Positions 18,503 through 27,457 of a stretch of 64,000 bases of DNA are shown one piece after another (position 1 is the stretch's first letter; every line of letters begins with the position of its first letter). Source of the DNA: Bryobacteraceae bacterium (GTDB lineage: Bacteria; Acidobacteriota; Terriglobia; Bryobacterales; Bryobacteraceae); contig CBDFFL010000005.1 in the NCBI GenBank assembly GCA_965246775.1, forward strand, positions 30,947 to 94,946. Direction: 5' to 3'. The notes under the pieces were generated by a model. The model was not told the DNA's origin. It saw nothing but the letters and a program-made list of their open reading frames with translations, and searched no databases. The position numbers and the translations under genes were made by a program.

Positions 18503-18940
18503 TTACTGGAACAAACCTAATAAGCAGGGCTTCGAAAGAAATTGGTAAGTGCCTTGATCGCGCCGGGGAGTGTGAAGAACGTCATTCACTCTCTCCACCA
18601 GAACGGCGGCAATCTTTTCCTTCACGATGAAATACCACCCATAATTTAACAACAGAAGCGCCCCATCGGGAAACCCCGAAATCAGCATCACATGAATCTC
18701 TGGACGCATCGTATGAAAGGCGGCGCCTAAATCCGGACCCGTCGTGCCGGGAAGCCGTATATCCACTAATAGCAGATCGATAGGGCCATCCCGCTTCTTT
18801 TCTATTTGCAGAGCTTCGGGGGCGGTACAAGCCACCAGAACCTCAAACCCGGCTTTCATGAGTACGTCCTGAACCACGGACCGCACCGCGGGGTCATGCT
18901 CCACTAACAAAATTGTTTCCAATTGAAAAGCTGAACTCAC
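18503..18940 (-). CDS. single-domain receiver protein with an atypical acidic pocket
   Basis: Paralogue of the adjacent receiver. LLVEHDP replaces VVDDD, the acceptor context LLLVDIRLPGTTG is retained, and VKEKI replaces KKPF. Confidence 0.75.
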   Translation of the reverse strand: MSSAFQLETILLVEHDPAVRSVVQDVLMKAGFEVLVACTAPEALQIEKKRDGPIDLLLVDIRLPGTTGPDLGAAFHTMRPEIHVMLISGFPDGALLLLNYGWYFIVKEKIAAVLVERVNDVLHTPRRDQGTYQFLSKPCLLGLFQ

Positions 18941-19087
18941 TAATCACCCTTAGCGCTTTCCCGTATTTTCTCTAAAGCGAAATACAGTATTAAATCTGCC
19001 ACGATACTATCACGTATTTAAAAGTAACAGTAGAACTTACAGTGGCATTTAAATGAATGCTGGTGGAATTATTAGGCTTAACAAAAC

Positions 19088-19180
<93 letters not shown>

Positions 19181-19230
19181 ATTCTTGAGTAGCGTGGTGC
19201 GATACTATTGAGAGGTTAGCACAACGCCGC

Positions 19231-19307
19231 GCGCCCGTAGCTCAGCTGGATAGAGCGTTTGCCTCCGAAGCAAAAGGTCACAAGTTCGAATCTTGTCGGG
19301 CGCACCA
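19231..19307 (+). tRNA. tRNA-Arg (anticodon CCG), CCA encoded
   Basis: GCGCCCGTAGCTCAGCTGGATAGAGCGTTTGCCTCCGAAGCAAAAGGTCACAAGTTCGAATCTTGTCGGGCGCACCA. It folds as a cloverleaf with anticodon loop CTCCGAA. Confidence 0.9.
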
Positions 19308-19318
19308 CCTGAGTAGGA

Positions 19319-19651
19319 TTAGGGCCGCAACAGCGTTTTCAGTTCCGCCAGACGTTCGGTTGTAAACCCGCCATGCGTTCGCCATTCCACCTCGCCTTTC
19401 TGGTTCACCAGAAGCAGGTACACGGTGTCCGGATCGCTAAATCTAGGCGCGCCCGGCCAAAACAGGAATCTGGTAGCAAGTCAGATCGTGGTTCTCAATC
19501 ATTAGTTCAGGCCGAATTTTCCGGTTCCAACCATAGGAACTCTCGCCGCTGCGCTTTAACTGAATCCCAGAATCAGGATGGAATGCGGCGTCCGTAGATC
19601 GCGGGGAAGCGTGACTTCTTCGCCAGACAGTGCGGTGCCGGGGTCTCTCAT
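19319..19651 (-). pseudogene. relic of a small thioredoxin-fold-like gene carrying four in-frame stop codons
   Basis: A single minus-strand reading frame gives MRDPGTALSGEEVTLPRDLRTPHSILILGFS*SAAARVPMVGTGKFGLN**LRTTI*LATRFLFWPGAPRFSDPDTVYLLLVNQKGEVEWRTHGGFTTERLAELKTLLRP*. The sequence is protein-like but nonsense-interrupted, with no frameshift. The family assignment is tentative. Confidence 0.4.
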
Positions 19652-19836
19652 CCTACCCAGGCTCCACGCGAACGGTTCCCGCCTGCGCAAATAGTCGAAT
19701 GCAGACCGGCGCCAGCACAACGATCCTGACCATCGAAAGTCCCTCAGCTCTTGTTTTCACGCTAGACCATGGCTCCGTTGTCCGGTTTCCATGCATTGGC
19801 TTGGAGACCTTCGCACTTTGTGAGATGATCGCTCCC

Positions 19837-20238
19837 ATGCGGAAACTTGTCCTCTCAGCAGCCACCCTGCTCATCGCCTCCACCAGCTTCGCTCAGGACG
19901 AAGCCGATTTCAGCAAATGGATGAAGTCCATTGCGGGCACCATGGGTAGCATGCGCAAGCACTTTGAAGCCAAAGAAGCCGAAGACGCAGCCAAAGACGC
20001 GGAGAAGGTGTCCAGCCTGTTCAAGGATGTCGAAGGCTTCTATGCAAAATCCAGCACGGAAGATGCGGTGAAGTGGGCCCACAACGCGCAACTCGCCGCG
20101 AATGAAGTTGCTGAAGCCGCCAAATCGAACGATTTGGAAAAGGCCGGCGCCAGCGCAAAAAAGATCGGCGCCACCTGCATGCCTTGCCACACCGCTCACC
20201 GTGAAAAATTGGAGAGCGGGGGCTATAAGATGAAATAG
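19837..20238 (+). CDS. class II cytochrome c (cytochrome c'-like), secreted
   Basis: The ATG at 19837 gives the signal peptide MRKLVLSAATLLIASTSFA. The protein has a four-helix-bundle-like composition and a single C-terminal heme motif CMPCH. Confidence 0.7.
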   Translation: MRKLVLSAATLLIASTSFAQDEADFSKWMKSIAGTMGSMRKHFEAKEAEDAAKDAEKVSSLFKDVEGFYAKSSTEDAVKWAHNAQLAANEVAEAAKSNDLEKAGASAKKIGATCMPCHTAHREKLESGGYKMK

Positions 20239-20517
20239 TTGCGCTTCCAAACTCTGCTCTGCCTGGCGCTTTTAAGCGCCGCTTGTAAGTCCGCGCCACA
20301 GGTGCGCCGGTACACCCTGCATGGCAAGGTGCAGTCCGTGGATATCCAGAATAAGACGGCGAATATCTATAACGAGAAAATCGAAGGCTGGATGGATGCC
20401 ATGACTATGGAGTATCCGGTTTCCGATCCCACTAAGCTTCACGCAGGCGATCCGATCACCGCGACCGTTGTTGTGACCGATTCGACATACGCTCTTGAAA
20501 ACATCAAATCGCCGTAG
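20239..20517 (+). CDS. CusF-like periplasmic metal-binding lipoprotein
   Basis: The TTG start directly follows the upstream stop. It has a lipobox-like LLSAAC and HGKVQSVDIQNKTANIYNEKIEGWMDAMTMEYPV, which resembles the CusF Cu(I)/Ag(I) Met/Trp site. Confidence 0.55.
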   Translation: MRFQTLLCLALLSAACKSAPQVRRYTLHGKVQSVDIQNKTANIYNEKIEGWMDAMTMEYPVSDPTKLHAGDPITATVVVTDSTYALENIKSP

Positions 20518-20580
20518 TTTTCACTAGTACGTCATCAAATTTGCGACTCTGGCCGGGGCAGGCTCATCAGTAGTGCTCAG

Positions 20581-21870
20581 ATGGTGAAAACAGCAAAGAA
20601 CTGCGCTTTTGTATCTTTGGCATGTTCGCTGGCATTACTTAGTTTCGGTTGTTCGTCAAAGGCCAGCGACGCGAAAGGTCCCCCGCAATTTCCACCCGCT
20701 CCCGTCAGTGTCATCGAGGCTAAGGTCGAAAACGTTCCGATTTATAGCGAATATTCCGCTCAGACCTTCTCGCGCGATATGGTCGACATCCGGGGCCGCG
20801 TGGATGGATACATTGACCGCCGGCTGTTTCAGGTAGGCGCCGACGTGCGTGCCGGGCAGCCTTTGTATACCCTCGATCGCCGTCCTTATGAGGCCGAAGT
20901 GCAAAAGGCGAAGGGCGATCTTCAGAAGGCCCTGGCCGATTTGGAATTCGCGAAGAAGCAAGTCTCCGTGATTCAGTCGGAAGCCGATCTGGCGCAGGCC
21001 GAAGCCAATTCGCTCAAGGCACAGAATGACGTGAATCGCCTGCAGCCCCTGGTGAAGCAGGAAGCCGCGCCCACGCAGGATCTGGACAACGCCATAGCCG
21101 CTTTAAAAGCCAATCAGGCCGCCTCGAACGCCAAGCGCGCCAGCCTCGATCAGACCCGTCTGCAGGCCAGGACGCAGATCGATAGCGTGAGCGCGCAAGT
21201 GGAAGCGCAGCGCGCGCTGGTGCGAACGGCTGAACTAAATCTTGAGTACGCCACCATCCGTTCGCCCATCGCCGGACGCATCGGCGATACGCTGGTGCCC
21301 GTTGGCGGGTTAGTTTCCAAATCTGCTTCGCAGCCACTTACAACGGTCGTTCCGCTCGACCCCATTTGGGTTCGTTTCAAAGTAAGTGAGAGCGAATACC
21401 TGTCCACCATGAAACGGGTCAACACAGAAGTAAGCCGCTTGCCGCTGGAGTTGCTTCTGGCGGATGGCACCACTTTTCCTTCCCCGGGACATATTCAAAA
21501 CACAGTCAATCAGGTAGATCCGAAAACCGGCACGCTGGAACTGCAAGCCACGTTCCCGAACCCGCGCCATACGTTACTTCCCGGCCAGTTCGGCCGCGTC
21601 CGTCTGCGCGTGAATGAACGCGAGGGCGTTATCGTAATTCCGCAGCGTGCGCTGGTGGAGTTGCAAGGGCTGCAGTCCGTCTTCACCGTTGTGGACGGTA
21701 AGGCCGCGGTGCGCGCCGTCGTAATGGGCGACCGCATTGGCCAGAATCAAATCGTAGAGCAAGGTTTGAAAGTAGGCGATCGCGTTGTTGTCGAAGGCAC
21801 CATGAAACTGGGTCCCGGAGCACCGGTTGCGCCTCAACCCTACCGGGCGCCCCCGCCCCCGAAAGCTTAG
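20581..21870 (+). CDS. efflux RND transporter periplasmic adaptor (membrane fusion protein) lipoprotein
   Basis: Lipobox LLSFGC, a coiled-coil hairpin region, and conserved RSPIAGRIGD and VIPQRALVELQG motifs of HlyD/AcrA-family adaptors. Confidence 0.85.
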   Translation: MVKTAKNCAFVSLACSLALLSFGCSSKASDAKGPPQFPPAPVSVIEAKVENVPIYSEYSAQTFSRDMVDIRGRVDGYIDRRLFQVGADVRAGQPLYTLDRRPYEAEVQKAKGDLQKALADLEFAKKQVSVIQSEADLAQAEANSLKAQNDVNRLQPLVKQEAAPTQDLDNAIAALKANQAASNAKRASLDQTRLQARTQIDSVSAQVEAQRALVRTAELNLEYATIRSPIAGRIGDTLVPVGGLVSKSASQPLTTVVPLDPIWVRFKVSESEYLSTMKRVNTEVSRLPLELLLADGTTFPSPGHIQNTVNQVDPKTGTLELQATFPNPRHTLLPGQFGRVRLRVNEREGVIVIPQRALVELQGLQSVFTVVDGKAAVRAVVMGDRIGQNQIVEQGLKVGDRVVVEGTMKLGPGAPVAPQPYRAPPPPKA

Positions 21871-21888
21871 CTAAGAGGGCTAAACATC

Positions 21889-24800
21889 ATGGCTAAATTT
21901 TTTATCGATCGCCCGATCTTCGCGATAGTCGTTGCCATCGTAATCACCATCATTGGCGCTGTCGCCATTCCTTCGCTCCCTGTCGCCACTTATCCGGAAG
22001 TGGTTCCGCCGGTTGTTCAAATCACCGCTGTCTATCGCGGTGGCAACTCTCAGGATCTCGAAAAGACCGTGGCGCAACCCATCGAACAGCAACTTACCGG
22101 CCTCGATGGCATGCTCTACTTTTTCTCCCGCTCCTCAAACGACGGCGTTCTCACGATCGATGTCACCTATGAACTCGGGACGGATGTAGATATCGCCACC
22201 GTGAAAACTCAAAACAAAGTGAATGTCGCGCTCCCCATCCTGCCCCCCGAAGTGCAGCGCCAGGGTGTCACGGTGAAGAAGGTGTCCTCTTCTTTCCTCA
22301 TGGTGATCGGCGTCATTTCAACCGACAAGCGCTATGACGATCTTTTCTTAAATAACTACGCAACCATTAACATGGTCGACAAGATCGGGTCACTGCCTGG
22401 CGTGGGCGATTCCCGCCTTGCCGCGAGCCAGAACTATGGCATGCGCGTATGGGTGAACCCCGACAAGATGGCCAAGCTGGGCCTGACTTCGACAGACGTT
22501 CAGAATGCCATTACGGCGCAGAACCGTCAGAATCCCGCGGGTTCGGTGGGACAGTCGCCGGTTCCGCGCGGAACGGAGTTTCAATATCCCGTCAATGCCG
22601 CGGGCCGCTTAATCGATCCGCAGCAGTTCAACGACATCGTTATCCGCGCGCAGCCAGACAGTTCCCTGCTTCGCCTGCGCGATATCGGCCACGCTGAATT
22701 GGGTGCGCAGGATTATAAGACTTATAGCCGCGTCACGGGCCGTCCAGGCGCATTGATCATCGTCTTTCTCACACCGGGTTCCAACGCGGTGAAAACCGCC
22801 GACAGCGTGCATGCTTACCTGAAGGAGGCGAAAAAAGCACTTCCCGCCGGCATGGATATCGAGGTTCCATACGACGCCACGAAGTTCGTTCGCGCCGCCG
22901 TCTCAGATGTGATCCTCACGCTCTTCATTGCCATTGGGCTGGTCATCTTCGTCGTTTTCGTCTTCCTTCAAAACTGGCGCGCGACGCTCATTCCGCTTCT
23001 CACCATCCCCGTGGCCATCGTGGGAACTTTCGCGCTCTTTCCTCTCTTGGGCTTTTCCATCAACATGACCAGCATGTTCGGCCTGGTCCTTGCCATCGGC
23101 ATTGTGGTGGATGACGCCATCGTAGTCGTGGAAGCGGTTCAGCTCAATCTCGACAATGGCATGTCTCCTCGCGACGCGGTTATCAAAGCCATGGAAGAGG
23201 TCTCGTCGCCGATTGTCGCCATCGCGCTCATCCTTGCCGCCGTGTTCATCCCCGTGGCCTTCCTGGGCGGCATCAGCGGCCAGATCTTCCGGCAATTCGC
23301 TCTCACCATCGCGGTCTCGGTTCTGTTGTCCGCGTTCAACGCTCTCTCGCTCAGCCCTGCGTTGAGCGTTCTGCTCCTTCGCCCGCGCAAGGAATCGAAA
23401 AACTTCCTGGCCCGCGCGTTCGGCGCTTTCAATCGCGCGTTCGATTGGACCCGCTCCAAGTATCTCGGCGGCGTCGGATTTCTGCTGCGCCGCACCTTCG
23501 TCGCACTTGCCGGCTTGCTGGTGTTCATCGTTCTTGCCGGCGTTCTGTTCAAGGTTCTCCCCGCCGGATTCCTTCCTGACGAAGATCAAGGCTGGTTCTT
23601 CTCTGCTGTCCGTCTGCCCGATGGCGCCTCCCTGGAGCGCACCCGTCAGGTCACCGCTAAGGTCGAAAAGATTGTCAGGGATCAACCCGGCGTAGAAGAC
23701 GTATTTGTCTTCGGCGGCTTAGACCTTCTCACATCCACCAACAATTCGAATGTCGCCACCGTGATTGCTGTCCTGAAGCCATGGGACGCACGCACAAAGA
23801 AGGATGTGAACTTTGCGTCCATTCTTGGCGGCGTGACGCAAAAGTTCCAGGGCATTTCGGAAGGCGTGGTGGTTGCCTTCGGTCCGCCCCCCATCCTGGG
23901 TCTTGGTACCGCCGGCGGCTTTGAATTCATGCTCGAAGACAAGGTGGGCACAAGCACGCAGCAACTCGCCAATGTCATCGATCAAACCGTGGGAGCCACC
24001 CGCACGCGCAAGGAATTCCTCTTCGTTCAAAGTATCTTCCGTAACACCGTGCCACAGTATCAAGTGAAGCTGGATACCGACAAGGCGCAGACCCTGGGCA
24101 TTCCAGTTACCGACGTCTACAATTCGCTCCAGACCTTTCTGGGCGGCCTTTACGTCAATGACTTCAACCGCTTTGGCCGCACCTGGCAAGTGCTGCTGCA
24201 GGCCGAACCCGAATTCCGTGACCGCCCAAGCGACATTAGCCGTTTTTATGTCCGCACCGGCGCTAACGACATGGTGCCGCTCAGCACGCTGGTCAAGATT
24301 GAGCCCGTTACCGGCCCCGAAGTGATCTATCGTTACAACCGCAATCGAGCCACCAAGCTCATCGGCGTTGGCGCTCCCGGTGTCAGCTCCGGGCAGGCCG
24401 CCGCTGCCATGGAAGACGTTGCCAAGAAGGTTCTCCCGAACGGCTATGGCTACGAATGGACCGGCACCGTCTTTCAGGAGAAGCTCACGCAAGGCAAGGA
24501 AGGCTTTATCTTCGGGTTTGCGGCGGTGCTGGTCTTCCTCTTCCTGGCCGCTCTCTATGAGAGCTGGTCTATCCCTTTCGCGGTGATCCTGGCGGTCCCG
24601 CTCGGCATCTTTGGGGCTCTTGCCGCGAATTGGATCCGCTCCTATTCCTATGACATCTACGCCCAGATCGGTATCGTCACTCTGATTGGACTCGCGGCGA
24701 AAAACGCCATCCTTATCGTCGAATTCGCGGTTTTACGCCGTCAGGAGGGCATGTCGATCAAGGACGCCGCAATGGAAGCCGCCAACCTTCGTTTAAGGCC

Positions 24801-25041
24801 CATTCTAATGACCTCGTTCGCGTTCCTTCTGGGTGTATCTCCGCTCCTGTTCGCCACCGGCGCAGGCGCATCGTCACGCCGCGCCCTGGGCACCACTGTT
24901 TTCGGGGGCATGTTCTGCGCCACCATCTTCGCCGTCTTCCTGGTGCCGGTGCTGTACTACTCCATTGACAAGTTAGCTGAACGCGGCAAGAAAGAACCGG
25001 TCCCTGTGAACGCGACGCCGTCCCCGGTAGGTGCCGATTAA
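21889..25041 (+). CDS. RND efflux permease, HAE1 (AcrB-like) family
   Basis: 1050 aa. The N-terminus MAKFFIDRPIFAIVVAIVITIIGAVAIPSLPVATYPEV closely parallels AcrB, and the protein has 12-TM architecture. Confidence 0.9.
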   Translation: MAKFFIDRPIFAIVVAIVITIIGAVAIPSLPVATYPEVVPPVVQITAVYRGGNSQDLEKTVAQPIEQQLTGLDGMLYFFSRSSNDGVLTIDVTYELGTDVDIATVKTQNKVNVALPILPPEVQRQGVTVKKVSSSFLMVIGVISTDKRYDDLFLNNYATINMVDKIGSLPGVGDSRLAASQNYGMRVWVNPDKMAKLGLTSTDVQNAITAQNRQNPAGSVGQSPVPRGTEFQYPVNAAGRLIDPQQFNDIVIRAQPDSSLLRLRDIGHAELGAQDYKTYSRVTGRPGALIIVFLTPGSNAVKTADSVHAYLKEAKKALPAGMDIEVPYDATKFVRAAVSDVILTLFIAIGLVIFVVFVFLQNWRATLIPLLTIPVAIVGTFALFPLLGFSINMTSMFGLVLAIGIVVDDAIVVVEAVQLNLDNGMSPRDAVIKAMEEVSSPIVAIALILAAVFIPVAFLGGISGQIFRQFALTIAVSVLLSAFNALSLSPALSVLLLRPRKESKNFLARAFGAFNRAFDWTRSKYLGGVGFLLRRTFVALAGLLVFIVLAGVLFKVLPAGFLPDEDQGWFFSAVRLPDGASLERTRQVTAKVEKIVRDQPGVEDVFVFGGLDLLTSTNNSNVATVIAVLKPWDARTKKDVNFASILGGVTQKFQGISEGVVVAFGPPPILGLGTAGGFEFMLEDKVGTSTQQLANVIDQTVGATRTRKEFLFVQSIFRNTVPQYQVKLDTDKAQTLGIPVTDVYNSLQTFLGGLYVNDFNRFGRTWQVLLQAEPEFRDRPSDISRFYVRTGANDMVPLSTLVKIEPVTGPEVIYRYNRNRATKLIGVGAPGVSSGQAAAAMEDVAKKVLPNGYGYEWTGTVFQEKLTQGKEGFIFGFAAVLVFLFLAALYESWSIPFAVILAVPLGIFGALAANWIRSYSYDIYAQIGIVTLIGLAAKNAILIVEFAVLRRQEGMSIKDAAMEAANLRLRPILMTSFAFLLGVSPLLFATGAGASSRRALGTTVFGGMFCATIFAVFLVPVLYYSIDKLAERGKKEPVPVNATPSPVGAD

Positions 25042-26468
25042 TGCGGCCATCTGTTTCCATTACCGCGTTAGCCTGCGCCGGAATGCTCTTCACCACCGGT
25101 TGCGCGGTCGGCCCCAATTATCACCGCCCGGCTGTCCAGACTCCCCCCGCCTTTCGCGGAGTCGCTCCCACGGCCGCGCCCGACTCTCAGCCTGCCACCG
25201 ATTCCATTGCCGATGTAAAGTGGCCATCGGTCTTCAATGACCCGCAGCTCACCGCGCTCATCAGCACCGCGCTCACCGATAATTACGATTTGCGCATTGC
25301 CGCCGCGCGCGTCCTGCAGGCTCGCGCCCAGTTCGCCATCGCGCGCTCCAATATTTTCCCCACGGTCTCCGGGTCCGCCTCGAACACCGCCCAACGGGGC
25401 TCTTCCGTCGGGTCGATCATCTTTCTGCCACGCGGTACCAGCCTGGACGTAGATTACAATTCCACCGGCTTCAACCTCTCCTGGGAGCTGGATGTCTGGG
25501 GTCGTCTGCGCCGTCTCACCGAATCCGCTCGCGCGCAATACCTGGCTACCGAAGAAGGCCGCCACGCCGTCGTCACCACGCTCATCGGCGACATTACCAA
25601 TAACTATCTTTATCTCCGGGAAGCCGATTCCGAACTCGCCATCGACCGCCGTACCGTCGCCATCGCGGAGCGCAGCCTGGAACTCACCAATATACGCCGT
25701 CAGGGCGGAGTGGCCACCTCGCTTGACGTTCGCCAGGCCGAACAATTCCTCTACACTGCAACGGCTCAAATTGCCGCCGCGCGGCGTCAGATCGAACAGT
25801 TTGAAAATCTGCTCAGCCTATTGGCCGCTAAGCAGCCCGGCCCCATTGAACGCGGGAAAGAGATCACAGATTTCTTCACACCGCCCACCATCCCCGCCGG
25901 CCTGCCGTCCTCCCTGCTCGAACGCCGGCCCGATATTCGCCAGGCCGAACAGCAGCTCATTGCCGCCAACGCGAATATCGGCGCCGCCAAAGCGCAATAT
26001 TTCCCGCAGATCACCCTGACCGGTCTCTTGGGCGTCCAATCCCGCGCGTTGACCAGCCTGTTCACGCGTCCGGCGGAAAATTTCAGCATTACCCCCGGCG
26101 CCACCATTCCCATCTTCAACGCCGGCCGCATCCGCAATCAGGTTCGCTTCAGTGAAGCGCAACAGCAGGAGGCGCTCGCCACCTATCAGAAATCCATCAA
26201 CACCGCTCTCCGCGAAGTTTCCGATTCGCTGGTCGCCTATCGCCGCCTCACCGAACAGCGCGCCCAGCAGGAACTGCTGGTCAAAGCTCTGGAAGATTCC
26301 GAACGCCTCTCCACCCTGCGTTACCGGGGTGGCCTGGATAGTTACCTTCAGGTTCTGGACGCCGAACGCAACCTGTTCAACGGTCAGCTGGATTTGGCTC
26401 GCCTGCGCCGCGATGAGCTCAGCGCCGTTGTGAATCTGTACCGCGCCCTCGGCGGCGGCTGGCAATAG
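25041..26468 (+). CDS. RND efflux outer-membrane factor lipoprotein (NodT family)
   Basis: Lipobox FTTGC. GPNYHRP, ERRPDIRQAEQQLIAANANIGAAKA and LYRALGGGW are characteristic NodT/OprM motifs. The start overlaps the permease stop by 1 nt. Confidence 0.9.
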   Translation: MRPSVSITALACAGMLFTTGCAVGPNYHRPAVQTPPAFRGVAPTAAPDSQPATDSIADVKWPSVFNDPQLTALISTALTDNYDLRIAAARVLQARAQFAIARSNIFPTVSGSASNTAQRGSSVGSIIFLPRGTSLDVDYNSTGFNLSWELDVWGRLRRLTESARAQYLATEEGRHAVVTTLIGDITNNYLYLREADSELAIDRRTVAIAERSLELTNIRRQGGVATSLDVRQAEQFLYTATAQIAAARRQIEQFENLLSLLAAKQPGPIERGKEITDFFTPPTIPAGLPSSLLERRPDIRQAEQQLIAANANIGAAKAQYFPQITLTGLLGVQSRALTSLFTRPAENFSITPGATIPIFNAGRIRNQVRFSEAQQQEALATYQKSINTALREVSDSLVAYRRLTEQRAQQELLVKALEDSERLSTLRYRGGLDSYLQVLDAERNLFNGQLDLARLRRDELSAVVNLYRALGGGWQ

Positions 26469-26489
26469 CCGGTCGCCCCCACACGTAAA

Positions 26490-26539
26490 CAGTACGTAAG
26501 TTAACGGCCAAACCTCCCCTTCCGTAAGCTTACGTACTG
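26490..26539. repeat. 11-bp inverted repeat CAGTACGTAAG...CTTACGTACTG with an embedded 12-bp palindrome CGTAAGCTTACG
   Basis: Read directly from the sequence. The arms are 26490-26500 and 26529-26539, and the inner palindrome is 26523-26534. It sits between the RND operon stop (26468) and the PEP-CTERM gene (26653), in an AT-rich spacer. Confidence 0.5.
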
Positions 26540-26652
26540 AAAATGTTATCTAAAGTAAATAATCACACATCTAGTACCTCCTTAGAGCCTTTACCCCAGG
26601 TTCGGGGCTCTCAACCCCGTGTACTTTTATGTTGGAGGTAGTAGTTCCAAAA

Positions 26653-27393
26653 ATGAAATCCCTAAAAGTTCTTACGTTCGGGCTGTTAATAGCCGCAACG
26701 TCCGCAGCCTCAACCATCCAGATTGTTCCCGCTGTTACCGTGGTTGTGGGTTCTGTCAACGCAACACCATTGCTCGGCATCCCCGCCATCCACAAGGGCC
26801 TCAATGCGTTCAGTTTGTCGACCCCTGTGAGCGTCGCCGGCCTGGCCACAATCAATTCGCTCACCTTTTCCTCGTTTGACGACCCGTACATCAACTTCGG
26901 CGGCGCCGTTGCCAACATCAGCAACTCGGTACAAACGTTTACTTTCAGCTTTATTAACCCCTACGTCGGTGGACCGTACACCATCCTGCGCGATAGCTAC
27001 TCCGATTCGTTTACGGACGGAAATGGCAATGGTACGGTTTCCATCGGCTTGGCCGCTGGCGCTTCGTCCATTTCGCAGCCGCAGGTGGATGGCGTGAATC
27101 AGGACGGTCAAGGCGTCCCTTGCACTGTGACCGGCGGCTCCGGCTTCTCCGGCACTTGCAATACCGGTGGCAGTCCCGTTGATTTCATCATTCCCGGCAC
27201 CGGGACAACCGGCACGTTCGGTAGCGTGGTCAGTTTCACGCTCTCGCCGGGCGACATTTATACGTTCAACGGCCGCGTGGAACTGCTGGCAAACGGCAAC
27301 AGTGTAGTTCCCGAACCGGGCACCTGGATGATGATGTTCCTGGGCCTGGGCGCTGTGGTTTTTGTGAGCGTTCGTAAAAAGCGAACGGCTTAG
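26653..27393 (+). CDS. PEP-CTERM sorting-domain secreted protein
   Basis: GGAGG lies 13 nt upstream of ATG 26653. Signal peptide MKSLKVLTFGLLIAATSAAS. The C-terminus VPEPGTWMMMFLGLGAVVFVSVRKKRTA shows the PEP motif, a TM helix and a basic tail. Confidence 0.85.
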   Translation: MKSLKVLTFGLLIAATSAASTIQIVPAVTVVVGSVNATPLLGIPAIHKGLNAFSLSTPVSVAGLATINSLTFSSFDDPYINFGGAVANISNSVQTFTFSFINPYVGGPYTILRDSYSDSFTDGNGNGTVSIGLAAGASSISQPQVDGVNQDGQGVPCTVTGGSGFSGTCNTGGSPVDFIIPGTGTTGTFGSVVSFTLSPGDIYTFNGRVELLANGNSVVPEPGTWMMMFLGLGAVVFVSVRKKRTA

Positions 27394-27407
27394 TTCTTTC
27401 CCGTAAC

Positions 27408-27457
27408 CCGCGCGGGAAGCCTGCCTGTTTGCACGCCAGGGCAGGCTTTCCGCGCGG
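27408..27457. terminator. 18-bp-stem hairpin between convergent genes (no T-tract)
   Basis: CCGCGCGGGAAGCCTGCC (27408-27425) pairs with GGCAGGCTTTCCGCGCGG (27440-27457) with one G:U position. It ends 1 nt before the stop of the minus-strand gene. Confidence 0.45.
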
